Origin: Heterodontus francisci
Lineage: Eukaryota
Length of the DNA: 64,000 bases
Reading direction: 5' to 3'
NCBI RefSeq assembly: GCF_036365525.1
Contig: NC_090415.1
Span: forward strand, 9,734,001 to 9,798,000
This document shows positions 12,545-25,384 of this stretch, piece by piece. A program made the position numbers and the translations under genes. Below the pieces are notes generated by a model. It ran no database searches. It was not told the DNA's origin and saw only the letters and a list, made by a program, of their open reading frames with translations. The number at the start of each line of letters is the position of its first letter. Within the stretch, counting starts at the first letter, position 1.

Positions 12545-13110
12545 TTTCAGCAGTATTGATTTGGAATGGATTGGATACAATGTCTGTCTCTTCTGCTTTG
12601 TTTGATTGCTGAATTGGAAATGTGTCTCTGAACTTGGGATCAGTGAGAGTTTCACTACATCTGCTCCTTGTGACTATGGAATGAAATGAAGGCCTAAAGG
12701 AGTGGTACTGTACCTTGTCAGTGATGGAAGGAGCCGACTGCACTTTCCCTTGTTCCTGGGAATCAACACATTCATTCTGCTCCCTTGAACTATTCACCGA
12801 CAGTAAGGAAGAAAACTATGTATTGTAAGTCACGAGCAGTTGAGGTGGAAGCTGGAAAAGAGATTAATGTAACATTTCAATTAATAATATTTATGACTAA
12901 TCACAAATGCTAACCAGAAATACAAAGAATATCACTGTCTGATTCCACTGCAGCTCTCAGCATCTGCTGACGAGGTGTCCTGGCAGTTCCATAACAATTT
13001 TGAGACATCCAGAAACAAGCCAACATCTACACTGCTCCAAGGTTGGAACGATCTGATGGAGCAGGGATATTTGTGCAGGTCAGCTTTCTATTTCCATCTG
13101 GCATTATAAT
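12545..13110. other. Unique-looking ~560-bp block present four times (also 17552-18115, 37990-38555, 43875-44445)
   Basis: Shared anchors such as TTGGGATCAGTG, TGTCTGA(T/G)TCCACTGCAG, CAATTTTG..ACAT.CAGAAACAA and TTTCTATTTCCAT; no recognisable protein or transposon motif. Confidence 0.7.
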
Positions 13111-13124
13111 ATAATGACCCAAGA

Positions 13125-13745
13125 ACTAGGAGCATGAGTAAGCCATTCAGCCTCTCGCGCCTGATCCACCATTCAATAAGATCATGTCGGATTTGACCTT
13201 GGCTTCATTTCCATTATCCTGCCTGGCCAAAAACCCATTACTCCCTTGTAGATCAAAAGTTTAACTCATCCTTGAATATATTTCATAATCCAGCCCCCAC
13301 TACTCTCTGGTGCAGAGAATTCCATAGATTAATGATGCTTTGAGAGAAGAAATTCTTCCGTACCTCTGTCTAACATGGTAGACCCCTTATTCTGAAACTG
13401 TGCGACGTGGTTCTTGATTCCCTCAGGAGGGGAGATATCTTCTCAGCATCTACTCTGTCAAGACCCCTCAGAATCTTACACTTTTCAATAAGATTAGCTC
13501 TGATTATTACTAATTCCAATGTTTGTAACACAAACTGCTCAACCTTTTGCTCATAAGACAGCCTCTTCATCTCAGGAACCAACTGAACGAATCTTGCCTG
13601 AACTGCATCCGATGCACGTATGCACGAAGGAGACCACAACTGTATCCACTATTCCAGGTAATGTCTCACCAACACCCCGCAAATTTGTAGCAAAACATTC
13701 CTCCATTTATATTCCAGCCCCCTTGCAGTTAATGCCAAAAGTCCA
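13125..13745 (-). mobile_element. CR1 LINE 3' fragment
   Basis: WSP..DAVQARF..KILRGLDRVDAEK..SRT..FRIRG; paralog at 18125-18715. Confidence 0.85.
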
Positions 13746-13834
13746 GCTCTGTTTTCACTATTCACTTTTCAATAACAACAAACAGCGTGAAACTGGAGCT
13801 AAACCAGGAACAAGCATTACAGGTTTGAGAAGCA

Positions 13835-15665
13835 ATTTTTTTGTTCATTACTTCTGCCATTTCCTTATTACCAAACTTGAACTTCCAATTTTCATTCTCT
13901 CGAGGACCAACACTCACTTTACTTACACTTTTCCTTTTCAAATGCCTGCAGAAACCCTTGCTATCCGTTATTGCATTTCCAGCCAGCTTACTCCCATGCT
14001 CTAATTTCTTTTCTCCTGATTAAACTTTGGTCAGAATATATAGAATGGCACAGAATGACTCAATCATCTGACCTACCACTCATCTTTGCACAATTCTCTG
14101 CCTTTTCATTCAGGTTGATGCCTTCCTTAACTTCTTTAATCAACCTTGGATGGAGGATCCTCCCCTTGGAATTATTCTTTACAGTAGGGATATACTTATT
14201 TTAAAGTATTCTGAAATATCCACTTAAATGTCTGCCACTGCTTCTCAATTGATCAATTGATCCCAGTTCACTTCAGCTAGCTCAGCTTTCATGCCCACAT
14301 AGTTGTCCTTATTTAAGCTTAAAATATTAGTCTTAGACCCACTCCTCTCACTTTCAAACTGGATGCAAACTTCAATCATATTGTGATCATTGCTACCAAG
14401 AGGTGCATTTACTCTGAGGTCATTAATTAATCCTGTCAAATTGCACAATGCCAAATCGAGCAAGTTCTAGAACATGCTGCTGGAAGAAACTATCTCGAAA
14501 GCACTCTATGAACTCCTCATACAGGCTTCTATTACCAATCTCATTCTTTCCAGTTTATAATTATTTACTTCAGACATACAGCACTGAAACAGGCCCTTCA
14601 GTCCATCGAGTCTGTGCCAACCATCAACCACCCATTTAGACTAATCCTACATTAATCCCATATTCCTAACCCATCCCCACCTTTCCTCAATTCTCCTACC
14701 ACCTACCGAAACTCGGGGCAATTTATAATAGCCAATTTACCTATCAACCTGCAAGCCTTTGGCTGTGGGAGGAAACTGGAGCACCCGGCGAAAACCCACA
14801 GAGTCACAAGGAGAACTTGCAAACTCCGCACAGGCAGTACACAGAATTGGACCTGGGTCGCTGGAGCTGTGAAGCTGCGGTGCTAACCACTGCACCACTG
14901 TGTTGTTTAAAAACACCTGTGATTCTTTCCATCTCATTATCACAAGCACCCAATAAATATTCTTGTATCCTTCATCCTAAATTGTGATTACTGTCTGGGG
15001 GCCTGTAGACTATTCCGACTAGTGCCTCTTTCCCTGACTATTCCTCATCTCCACTCAAACCGATTCTACATCCTGATCTCCTGAACCAAGGTCATGTCTA
15101 ACTATTGCACCAATACGATCCTTGATTAACAGTGCCAAACATCCACCTTTACCTAGCTTCCTGTTCTTCTTGAATGTTACACATCCCTCAATATTGAGGA
15201 CCCAATCCTTGTCATCCTGCAACCATGTCTCCATAATGGCTATTAGATCATATTTATTTACTTCAACATGTGCTATCAGTTCCTCTACTTTGTTATGAAT
15301 TCTACGTGCATTCACAAAGAGCCTTTGGTGTTATCTTTTTGTTATCTTTGTCACATCTAGTGTTGACTGTTGGTCTGCTCTTAGGTTATTTCTCTCTGCC
15401 CCTTCCTGCCCTTCATTTCCCATATAACTATTGTGTTCTCCTGCCTTCACTCTACCCCTTGATTTGTTACATCTACTAAAGCTTGATGCCTCTACCCCTT
15501 TGTTTAGATCAAGTACCTCTCTACATCCCTAGTTATATGGTTTTCTCGAACACTGGTCCCAGCTTGTTTCAGGTGTAGACTGTCCAAACGGTACAGCCTC
15601 CACTTTCCCTAGTCCTGGTGCCAGTGCCCCACAAACTGAACCTGACTTCTCCCACACCAGTCTTG
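13835..15665 (-). mobile_element. CR1 LINE fragment (duplicate of 9110-10620)
   Basis: MNARRIHNK..METWL, LDLALCN..LGSNDHNMI; colinear with 9110-10620. Confidence 0.88.
14560..14905 (-). mobile_element. tRNA-derived SINE (HE1/V-SINE type)
   Basis: A-box-like CAGTGGTTAGCACC head, GGAGTTTGCAAGTTCTCC core, CR1-like tail GAAGGGCCTGTTTCAGTGCTGTAT. Confidence 0.88.
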
Positions 15666-17480
15666 GCGGGTGTAAGTTTCACTGTATATCTCACTCCCTG
15701 GTCTACAATTTACCTCTGTCAGTTTCAGTTTTTGAATGTGGCTTTATCTGTACCTGTCAGTTTGTTTTATGTGAGAAACGTCTTATTCAGTACCTTTCAG
15801 CTTCTGGTGTATGTGTATCTGCCTTGTACTTTGTTCCCATCAGTATATGGTATGTGATTGTGGATTTGACACAATATTACATTCTTGTGTATATGAGTGG
15901 GAGTTCACACTTTATCTTTGATTGTCTAGTATGCCAATTTAAGGTTTAACCTGTGACCTTAAATGTCTAATGTGTAGCTGAGGCCTTGAACCTGTCCCTG
16001 TCTGGTATTAGAGTAAGAGTTTCAGTGTGGATTTTACACCACATCTCTCCATGCTCTCGGATGTGAATGTGATTTTTAATCTGTACATGCCAGTTTCTGA
16101 CACTGGCTGTGAGGTTTACTCTGTACATTGTCATTCTCTGAAATGTGACTGCCAATTTTATTCTGAACCTGTCAGTTTTTTTTTCTCTGTGTGTGAGTTT
16201 TAGCCTGTATCTGTCAGTATCTGGTATATGAATGTTCTTAATTATGTGTGTGTGTTCTGTATCTATCAGTGTCTGAAGTGCAATTGTCAGGTTTACTTTG
16301 TATCTGTCAGTGTCTGTTATGGATGAGAGGCTTTCACTCTCTGTTAACTTCTTGCAATTCACAATGGGTTTCACACTGTGTCTGTCAGTCTCTGGTAGAT
16401 AAATGTGGCAGTTATACTGTATCTCCTAATTTCTGATATGTGAATGTAGATTTTAATGTGTACCTCTTGGTTTCTCCTATGTGAGTCTTTTTACAATCTG
16501 TTTCTGCCAGTTTCTCATATGTGAGGGTGGCATTTATTCTGTACCTGTTACTTTCCGAAATGTGGGAAGAATTTACTCTTTCCCTGTCAGTTGCTGATAT
16601 GTGAATGTGAGTTTATTCTGGATCTTTCAATCTTTGGAATTTGAGAACATGCTTTACCCTATATCTGTTTGCTTCTGTTAAGTGAATGAGGGATTAAATC
16701 TGTACCTGTCCATTGATAGTAAATGAATGTAGTTTTTAGTCTGTACCTGTCAGTTTATGGAAAATGAAAGTGGATTTATTTCACTCTCTGACAGATTCTG
16801 ATATCTGACTGTTGTTTTATTCTTTACCTGTTATTTTCTGGGATATGATTGTGGTTTTTGATCTGTACCTATCAGTTTCTGTTACTTGAGTGTTACTTGC
16901 ACCAGTTGTCTTCTGGTATGTGAGTGTCAGTTTTAAGCTGCACCTGTATGATAGGTTAAACCCTAAGGTATGATATTGTGGGTTTATTCTGTGACATGGG
17001 GCCTTTCTCTGAATCAGTCGATTTCTGCTCTGTAACTGTATGTTTTAATATGCAGCTTACAGTTCCTGATAGGTGTATGAGCATATTTTCTTTGTACGCA
17101 GTTATCAATGTCTATTACATGAGGATGTGTGTTATTCCTAGATTTCAATTTCTGTTATTGAAGAAGAGATTTTCCTTTGTACTTCTCTGTCTCTGCAATG
17201 TGTCCATGTCTGTTACTGGTAACTGTCTGTCTCTGTTAGGTGACTCTGGTTTTATTCTCTATCGGACAGCCTCTTGCCTGTGAGGGGTTTTATTTTCTTC
17301 TCTGTATCTGTCAGTTTCCTTTCTGTGGCTGAATGTTTTAATCTTGACTTAAACCTTTTAATAATTTGTAAATGTGAATTTCACTTTGTGCCTGTCTGTT
17401 TACATTATATGAATGTGTTTATTTTTATTTTGTCAACATCAGTTTCAGGCATGTGAGGGTGAGATTCACTGTCTCCAGGA
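15665..17480 (+). repeat. Degenerate ~41-bp satellite block (duplicate of 10620-12470)
   Basis: Colinear with 10620-12470 at an offset of about 5 kb. Confidence 0.8.
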
Positions 17481-18124
17481 TGCACCCTCTTGTGAGACTG
17501 ACAGAGTGCCTTTTAATCTGATAGTGGGTTCTGCTTTTGAACTTTACCTAACTTTCAGCAGTATTGATTTGGAATGGATTGGATACAATGTCTGTCTCTT
17601 CTGATTTGTTTGATTGCTGAATTGGAAATGTGTCTCTAAACTTAGGATCAGTGAAACTTTGACTACATCTGCTTCTTGTGACAATGCCATGAACTGAAGG
17701 CCTATGGGAGTGGTACTGTACCTTGTCTGTGATGGAAGGAGCCGACTGCACTTTCCCTTGTGCCTGGGAATCATCACATTCATTCTGCTCCCTTGAACTT
17801 TTCAACGACAGAAAGGAAGAAAACTATGTCTTGTAAGTCACGAGCAGTTGAGTTGGAAGCTAGAAAAGAGATTAATGTAACATTTCAATTAATAATCATT
17901 ATGACTAATTACAAATGCTAACCAAAAATACAAAGAATATCACTGTCTGATTCCACTGCAGCTCTCAGCATCTGCTGACGAGATGTCTTGGCAGTTTCAC
18001 AACAATTTTTGGACATCCAGAAACAAGCCAACATCTACACTGCTCCAAGGTTGGGACGAGCTGATGGAGCAGGGATATTTGTGCAGGTCAGGTTTCTATT
18101 TCCATCTGGCATTATAATTTAATA

Positions 18125-18715
18125 ACCTAAGAACTAGGAGCAGGAGTCAGCCATTCAGCCTCTCCAGCCTGATCCACCATTCAATAAAATCATGTCTGAT
18201 TTGATCTTGGCTTCAGCTCCATTATCCTGCCTGGCTAAAAACCCATTACTCCCTTGTAGATAAAAAAATTAACTCATCCTTGAATATATTTAATCATCCA
18301 GCCTCCATTGCTCTCAAGGGTAGAAAATTCCATAGATTAATGACACTTTGAGAGAAGAAATTCTTCCTTACCTCCGTCTAAAATGGGAGACCCCTTATTC
18401 TGAAACTGTACGGCGTGGTTCTTGATTCCCTCGAGGGGAGATATCTTCTCAGCATCTACTCTGTCAAGACCCCTCAGAATTTTACACTTTGCAATAAGAT
18501 TAGTTCTGATTATTACAAACTCCAATGAGTGTAACACAACCTGCTCAACCTTTTCCTCAAAGCGCAACCTCTTCATCGCAGGAAGCAACGGAACGAACCT
18601 TGCCTGAACTGCATCCAATGCGAAGGAGACCACAACTGTATCCAATACTCCAGGTGAGGTCTCACCAACAACTGACGTTTATATTCCATCCCCCTTGCAA
18701 TAAATGCCAACAGTC
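18125..18715 (-). mobile_element. CR1 LINE 3' fragment
   Basis: ALDAVQARF..KILRGLDRVDAEK; paralog of 13125-13745. Confidence 0.85.
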
Positions 18716-19149
18716 CGGCTCTGTTTTCACTATTCACTTGTCAATAACAACAAACAGCGTGAAATAGGAGCTAAACCAGGAACAAGCATTACAGGTTTGA
18801 GGATAAAAACAGCCATGAATTTCAACAGCAGCTTCTTCACGTTTTGTCTCACTTACGCAGTGCAGACGCAGCCCAAGAAATGCCTCTGCCTTCCACTGCT
18901 CACTCCATGTTACCGGATCACTTCCTGCCTCACTCTGTCTCTTGCAAACAACTCGCAACCCTCCTGAACTTGCCCCAAAGTCAATGACGATCTCTGAGCC
19001 AGATTGCGGACAAGTTTCCCCAAACAAAGTGCTGCTGGAAGGAGACTGCTGTTTGCTGACTTACCCCGATACTGTAATATCTCCATTCCCTCTGTTAAAA
19101 ACAAACGCTTTCCCCTCTTTGAATAAATGCCGTTCAATAGCCTTGCAGG

Positions 19150-19230
19150 CACAGGGGAGCGCATGCGCTCAGTCGGTCAACAACTCTCAGAGGTGTGGGC
19201 GGGGCTTTACCGCGCATGCGCTTCTTTCGG
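19150..19230. promoter_or_regulatory. Promoter-like CpG patch with two NRF1 motifs and a GC box
   Basis: GCGCATGCGC at 19159-19168 and 19212-19221; GGGCGGGG at 19197-19204; GTAAGT donor-like sites on the minus strand at 19064 and 18856. Confidence 0.55.
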
Positions 19231-19749
19231 CAACGGTTTGAAAAACAAAAATACAAACAATTGGAACTTTATTCAGTTCAGTTTTATCACATTGTGAGCA
19301 ATGGAACAGGGGCTGCGGGTAAGATTAGAGAAGGTTCCCATCTGGGAGATTACCCCTTTATAAAGTTCAATTTGAGATTATTCTCTGCAGTATGTTTGCC
19401 CAGTTTCTCAAAGCAATCCTTGGAGGGAGTCGGTGTGTTTGCTGGGATCGCGCAGGATTTAATATCTGACAGTAACAGTCCTAGATTCATGTAATCACAT
19501 TGAAAATGTCTGTCACTGAGTGTCAGAGCGAACGGTTCGAGCTGAAACATTGCAGAGACCTCAACAGGGCAGAAAAAAAGTTACATTTGGGACATTGTGT
19601 GACTCACTTTCGGACACGTCCTCAGATTGTGAGATTAATAATGTGGCTGCTTGTGGCACCATATAAGTGAGAGATAAGTTTGTATCGTCGGTCTCCCCGG
19701 GTGGATCTTTCGAGATAAAACGAATCTGACATTTCAGCCCACAACTCAA

Positions 19750-20910
19750 TAATTACAGGTCAGTCAGTCTAACCTCAGTAGTGAGCAAAATATTGGAATC
19801 CATTCAGAGAGACAGGATAAACTGTCACTTAGAAAGGCATCGATTAGTCAAGCATCGTCAGCGTGGATTTGTGAAGGGAAGATCTCGTCTGACCAACTTG
19901 ATCCAATTTATTGAATTAATAACAAGGAAGTTGTGTGAGGGCACTGTAGTTGATGTGGTCTACATGGACTTTAACAAGGATTTTGACAAGGTCCCACATG
20001 GCAGACTGTTTCAAAAAGTAAAATCCCGGGGGATCCAGGAAAATACAGTAAGCTGGATGTAAATTAGGTTTAGTGGCAGGCAACAAAGGGTAATTATTAA
20101 CGGGTGTTTTTGCGATTGGAGGGCTGTTTCCATTGGCGTTCCGCTTGGCTCAGGACTGGGTCACCTGCTCATTGTGGTATATATTAATGATTTGAACGTA
20201 AATGGAGGGGAAATGATCAAGAAGCTTACAGACGTCACAAAAATTGGTCGTGTGATAAAAAGCGAGGATTGCTGAGGCTGCAGGAAGATATTGATGCTCT
20301 GGAAATATGGTCAAAAAAATGACAAATGGAATAAAACCCGGATAAGTGTGAGGCGATGCATTTTGGGAGGTCAAACAAGGCAAAGGAATAGACGATTAAT
20401 GGGAATGTTCTGAGTTTGTGGAGAATGTGAGGGACCTTGGAGTAAATGTCCACTGACCCAGAAGGTAACAGGACAGGTCGACAAGGTGGTTAAGAAGGCA
20501 TATGGAATCCTTCCCTTTATTAACTGAGGTTTAGAATATAATAGCAGGAATGTTATCCTGGAAATATATCAACCATTGGTTAGGCCACAACTTGAGGACT
20601 GTGTGCAGTTCTCAACACCTCATTATAGAAGTGATGTAATTGCATTATAGAGGGTCCAGAGGAGATTTACCGGGATGTTGCCAGGACTGGAAAAGATGCA
20701 GCTATGAGGAAAGATTGGGTGGGCTTTGACTGTTCCCCTTGGAACAGAGAATGGTAGATCTGATTGAAATGTATAACATTTTGAGAGGCCTGGATAGAGT
20801 GGAGGTCAAGGGCCTACTTACCTTCGTAGAGAGGTCAGTGACTAGGGGACAAAGACTTAGTGTTTGGTAGAAAGATTAGAGGGGAGATAAGGGAAAGTTT
20901 TCCTCACCTA
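19750..20910 (+). mobile_element. CR1 LINE RT fragment (its 3' end resumes at ~23610-23840)
   Basis: QRGFVKGRSRLTNLI..VDVVYMDFNKDFDKVPHGRL; sequence breaks at ..CTCACC and resumes at CAGGGTGGTG..TGGAACTCACTGCC. Confidence 0.88.
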
Positions 20911-20959
20911 GCAATGCAAAACTGGGCATCCATGAGGGTCTGTGGGCCATTCGGATTAA

Positions 20960-21500
20960 TGTATACAGTACTGGTCTCCTTATTTAAGGAAGGGTGTAAA
21001 TGCGTTGGAGGCAGTACAGAGAAGGTTTACTAGGCTAATGCCTGGAATGGACGGGCTGTCTTAAGAGGAAATATTGGACAAGCAAAGCTTGTATTCACTG
21101 GAACTTAGAGTAAGATGTGACTTGATTGAAACATATAATATCCTGAGGGGTCTTGACAGGGTGGATGTGGAAAGGATGTTTCCCCTTGTGGGAGAATCTA
21201 TAACAAGGGGTCACTGTTTAGAAATAAGGGGTCGCACATTTAAGACAGAGATGAGGAGATTTTTTTTCTCATCGGGTCGTGAGACTTGGGAATTCTCTTC
21301 CTCAGAAGGCGAAGGAAGCAGAGACTTTGAATATTTTTCAGGTCCAGGTACATAGATTCTTGACAAGAAAGGGAGTGTAGAAAACCGGGTCGTGCTGGAA
21401 ATGTGGAGTAATCAGTTCAGAAATAAACTTATTGAATGGCAGAGCAGGCTCGAAGGGCCGAGTGGCCTACTCCTGCTCCTAATTCGTATGTTCGTATAAG
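20960..21500 (+). mobile_element. CR1 LINE 3' fragment, nested
   Basis: DLIETYNILRGLDRVDVERMFPLVGESITRGH; tail GAAGGGCCGAGTGGCCTACTCCTGCTCCTAATTCGTATGTT. Confidence 0.88.
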
Positions 21501-23610
21501 ATGAGCGAGGTACCAACAGCAGCAGAATTGTACTCAACCACAATCTTTAAGCTCATGGCCCGGCATATCCCTCACTCTACAATTAACATCAAACCAGGAG
21601 ACCAAACGTGATTCAATGAAGAGTGCAGCAGGGCATGCCAGAAGCAGCACCAGGCATACCTCAAAACGAGGTCTCAACCTGGTGAAGCTACAACACAGGA
21701 TTACTTGCATGTCAAACTGCATATGCAGCATCCGATAGACAGAGCCAAGCGATTTCATAACCAATGGATCAGATCTAAGTGCTGCAGTCCTGTCACATCC
21801 AGCCGTGAATGGTGGTAGACAACTAAACAACTAACTGGAGGAGGTGGCTCCACAAATATCCCCATCTTCAATGATGAGGGAGCCCAGCACATCAGTGCAA
21901 AAGATAAGGTTGAAGCTTTTACAACAATCTTCGCTAGAAGTGCCGAGTTGATGATTCATCTCAGACTATTCCTGAAGGCCCCAGCATCACAGATGCCAGA
22001 CTTCAGCCAATTCGAATCACTCCGTGTGACATCAAGTAACGACTAAAGGTGCTGGATACTGCCAAGGCTCTGGGTTCTGACAATGTTCTCCAATAGGACT
22101 GAAGACCTGTGCTCCAGAACTTGCTGGGCCCATAGCCAATCTGTTCCAGTACAGCTACAACACTGACATGTACCTAGCAATGTGGAATATTCCCCAGGTA
22201 TGTCTTGGACACCAAAAGCAGGACAAGTCCAAGCTGGCTAATTAGACCCCATCAGTCTACTCTCAATCATCAATAAAGTGATGGAACGTGTCATCAACAG
22301 TGCCATCAAACAGCAGTTCCTCAGTAATAACCTGGTCAGTGACGCTCAGTTTGTGTTCCGCCAGTGCCACTCAGCTCCTGACCACATTACAGCCTTGGTT
22401 CAAACATGGGCAAAAGAGCTGAACTCAAGAGTGAGAAGAAAGTGACTGCCCTTGACATCAAGGCAGCATTTGACCAAGTATGGCATCAAGGAACCCGAGC
22501 AAAACTGAGGTCAATGGGAATCAGTGGGAAAACTCTCTGCTGGTTGGAGTCATACCTAGTGCAAAGGAAGATGGTTGTGGTTGTTCGAAGTCAATCATCT
22601 GAACTCCAGGACATCACTGCAGGAGTTCCTCAGTGTAGTGTCCTAGGCCTAATCATCTTCAGCTGCTTCATCAATGACTTTCCTTCAATCATAAGGTCAG
22701 AAGTGGGATGTTCACTTATGATTGCACAATGTTCAGCATGATTCGTGACTCCTCAGCTGCTGACGCAGTCTGTGTAGAAATGCAGCAAGACTTGGACAAT
22801 ATCCAGGCTTGTGCTGATAAACGGCAAGTAACATTCACGCCACACAAGTGCCAGGCAACTACCATCTCCAACAAGAGAGAATCTAACCATCTCCCCTTAA
22901 CATTCAATGGCAATTACCATCGCTGAATCCCCCACTATCAATATCCTAGGGTCTACCATTGACCAGAAACTGAACTGGAGTAGCTATATAAATACCGTGG
23001 CTACAAGAGCAGATCAGAGGATAGGAATCCTGCGACGAGCAAATAACCTGCTGACTCCCCAAAGCTTGTCCTCCATTTACAAGGCGGGAGTCAGGAGTGT
23101 GATGGAATACTCTCCACTTGCCTGGATGCGTTCAGATCCAACAACACTCAAGAAGCTCGACACCATCCTGGACAAAGCAGCCCACTTGATTGCCACCCCA
23201 TGTACAAACATTCACTCCCTCCACCACCGACACACAGTAGCAGCAATGTGTACCATCCACATGATGCACTGCAGCAACACACCAAGGCTTTTTAGACAGC
23301 ACCTTGCAAACCCGCGAACACTACCAACTAGAAGCACAAGGGTAGTAGATGCATGGGACCACCATCACCTGCCAGTTCCCCTCCAAATCACACATCATCC
23401 TGACTTCGAACTATATTGCCATTCCTTCACTGTCGCTATGTCAAAATCCTGGAACTCCCTTCCTAACAACACTATGATTGTACCTACCTCACATGGAGTG
23501 TAGTGGTTCAAGAAGCCATCTCACCACAACCTCCTCAAGGGCAGTTATGGATGGGCAATAAATGCTGGCCAAGCCAGCAACACCCACATCGTATGAATGA
23601 ATAAATCAAA
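21500..23610 (+). mobile_element. Second LINE family (CR1/L2 group) RT fragment, nested and decayed
   Basis: ALDIKAAFDQVWHQG, GVPQCSVLG, MFTYD (degenerate FADD), RSVMEYSPLAW; 3' tail ATGAATGAATAAA. A related fragment lies at ~57600-58010. Confidence 0.85.
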
Positions 23611-23940
23611 CAGGGTGGTGGTGGTCTGGAACTCACTGCCTGAAAGGGTAGTTGAAGTATAAACATTCAAATCATTCAAAAGAAGTCTGGATATGCGTCT
23701 CAAGTGCCGTAATCTTCCGGGTTACGGACCAAATGCTGGCAGGTGGGATTAGAATGGGTGGAAATTTTTTCGGCTGGCACAGATACGATGGGTCAAGTGG
23801 TTCCTTTCTGTGCCATAAACGTTCAATGTTTCTATGATTCTGAGTGAATGCATATCTCTCCTTCTCACCATCACCCAAGCCTCTCGCCCACTCCAGATCT
23901 TTCTCTCTCTCTCTGCCTTTTTTTCGCTATTGATGCTGTC

Positions 23941-24633
23941 TCTCTCCCTCTGCCTTTGGTGCTGTATCTATGTTGGCGATACAGTTACTGAGTGTTATGT
24001 GTATGCATTCTATTGTAGTACTGATAGTCTCTCTCTCTCTCTCTCTCTCTGATGATACAGGTGAAGGTGAAATACTGTTGTTCAGTGTGATATGGACACA
24101 CAGTTGGAAATTATAATAATAAAAGCAAAATACTGCGGATGCTGGAAATCTGAAATAAAAACAAGAAATGCTGAAAATACTCAGCATGTCTGGTAGCATC
24201 TGTGGAGAGAGAAGCAGAGTTAACGTTTCGTGTCAGTGACCTTTCTTCGAACCCCTTCACCCCTATGTCACCTTCACCTGTATCATCAGAGAGAGAGACA
24301 CACACAGACAGACATAGAGCGAGTGAGAGACTATCAGTACTACAATAAAATGCATACATAAAACACTCACTAACTGTATCGCGAACATAGATACAGCACC
24401 AAAGGCAGAGGGAGAGACACAATTCCGAAGAAAGAGTCACTGACCCGAAACGTTAACTCTGCTTCTCCCTCCACAGATGCTACCAGACATGCTGAGTATT
24501 TTCAGCATTTCTTGTTTTTATTTCAGATTTCCAGCATCCGCAGTATTTTGCTTTTATTATTATAATTTCCAACTGTGTGTCCATATCACACTGAACAACA
24601 GTATTTCACCTTCACCTGTCTCATCAGAGAGAG
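23941..24633. repeat. Complex inverted duplication containing two PLE termini
   Basis: 24043-24250 is nearly the reverse complement of 24426-24633; the spacer 24268-24417 is an inverted copy of 23941-24070. Includes (CT)n at ~24028-24050. Confidence 0.88.
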
Positions 24634-25229
24634 TGATTTGCTCTTGCCGTCGAAAATAATAAACAGACAACATTCGCAGCGCCAGTCTCAGAGTGTTTAA
24701 CACTTACTGAGTCCAGAAAATACAAATACCCACCGTGAATCCGCAGCACAGGCCGAGCGGAGGGGAAATCCTGTCCTGGGAACGCTAAATTGAGCGAACA
24801 GTTCGGCCTGAGATTGTGTGGATGTGAATATTGTGCAAGAGAGTGTATTAAAGGGGCGGGCGCGTTAGTCTAATGCCACTGTGTTTGTGGGTCTGGTCTC
24901 ATCGCCGGATTTTCGAGTCCCTCTTCCGTAAAATAACAAGATTTTCCAGTCAAAGAAGCACTTTGCTCCCCTTCTAATCCTCAAAGTGGGAATGGAGTGT
25001 TGTTTGTTTGTTGATTTCAAGATTTTAATCGAAAAGTATGGAACATGTCAGCGATCGGCTGAGAGAGAGTCATCAGTGCAGCAATGAAACGGATTTCAGT
25101 CGAAAATGGAGTCTTTACTTCAAGTGAAACCTTTGTGACAGCAAACATTCTGATGTCAGAGACAGGAAGGATCTAGCCTGGGACTCTGGAATACCCGAAT
25201 TTCAGTGGAATTGGAGAGTTTAGGACCAG

Positions 25230-25310
25230 AGAGAAACACAGAGAGGCAGCAGGAGCCGGGAGCTGACAGCAGGTTGTCTCCGCCCCGTCCGCTCGCTGCC
25301 TTTAAGTTGC
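25230..25310 (+). promoter_or_regulatory. H1 promoter
   Basis: H1 box AAACACA at 25234-25240, GC box CCGCCCC at ~25280, TATA-like TTTAAG at 25301. Confidence 0.7.
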
Positions 25311-25384
25311 TCAGTGCCGCCACCACCAGCTTCATTTCTGACCCAGTTCTGACTGACAGAGAGACTTTGTGCAGAGTCCTGGAC

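Noticed and set aside
25205-25384. N-terminal extensions of H1, H2A and H2B in the ORF track
   Set aside because: They extend to upstream or non-ATG starts in the promoter/5' UTR; homology and TATA positions support the downstream ATGs.
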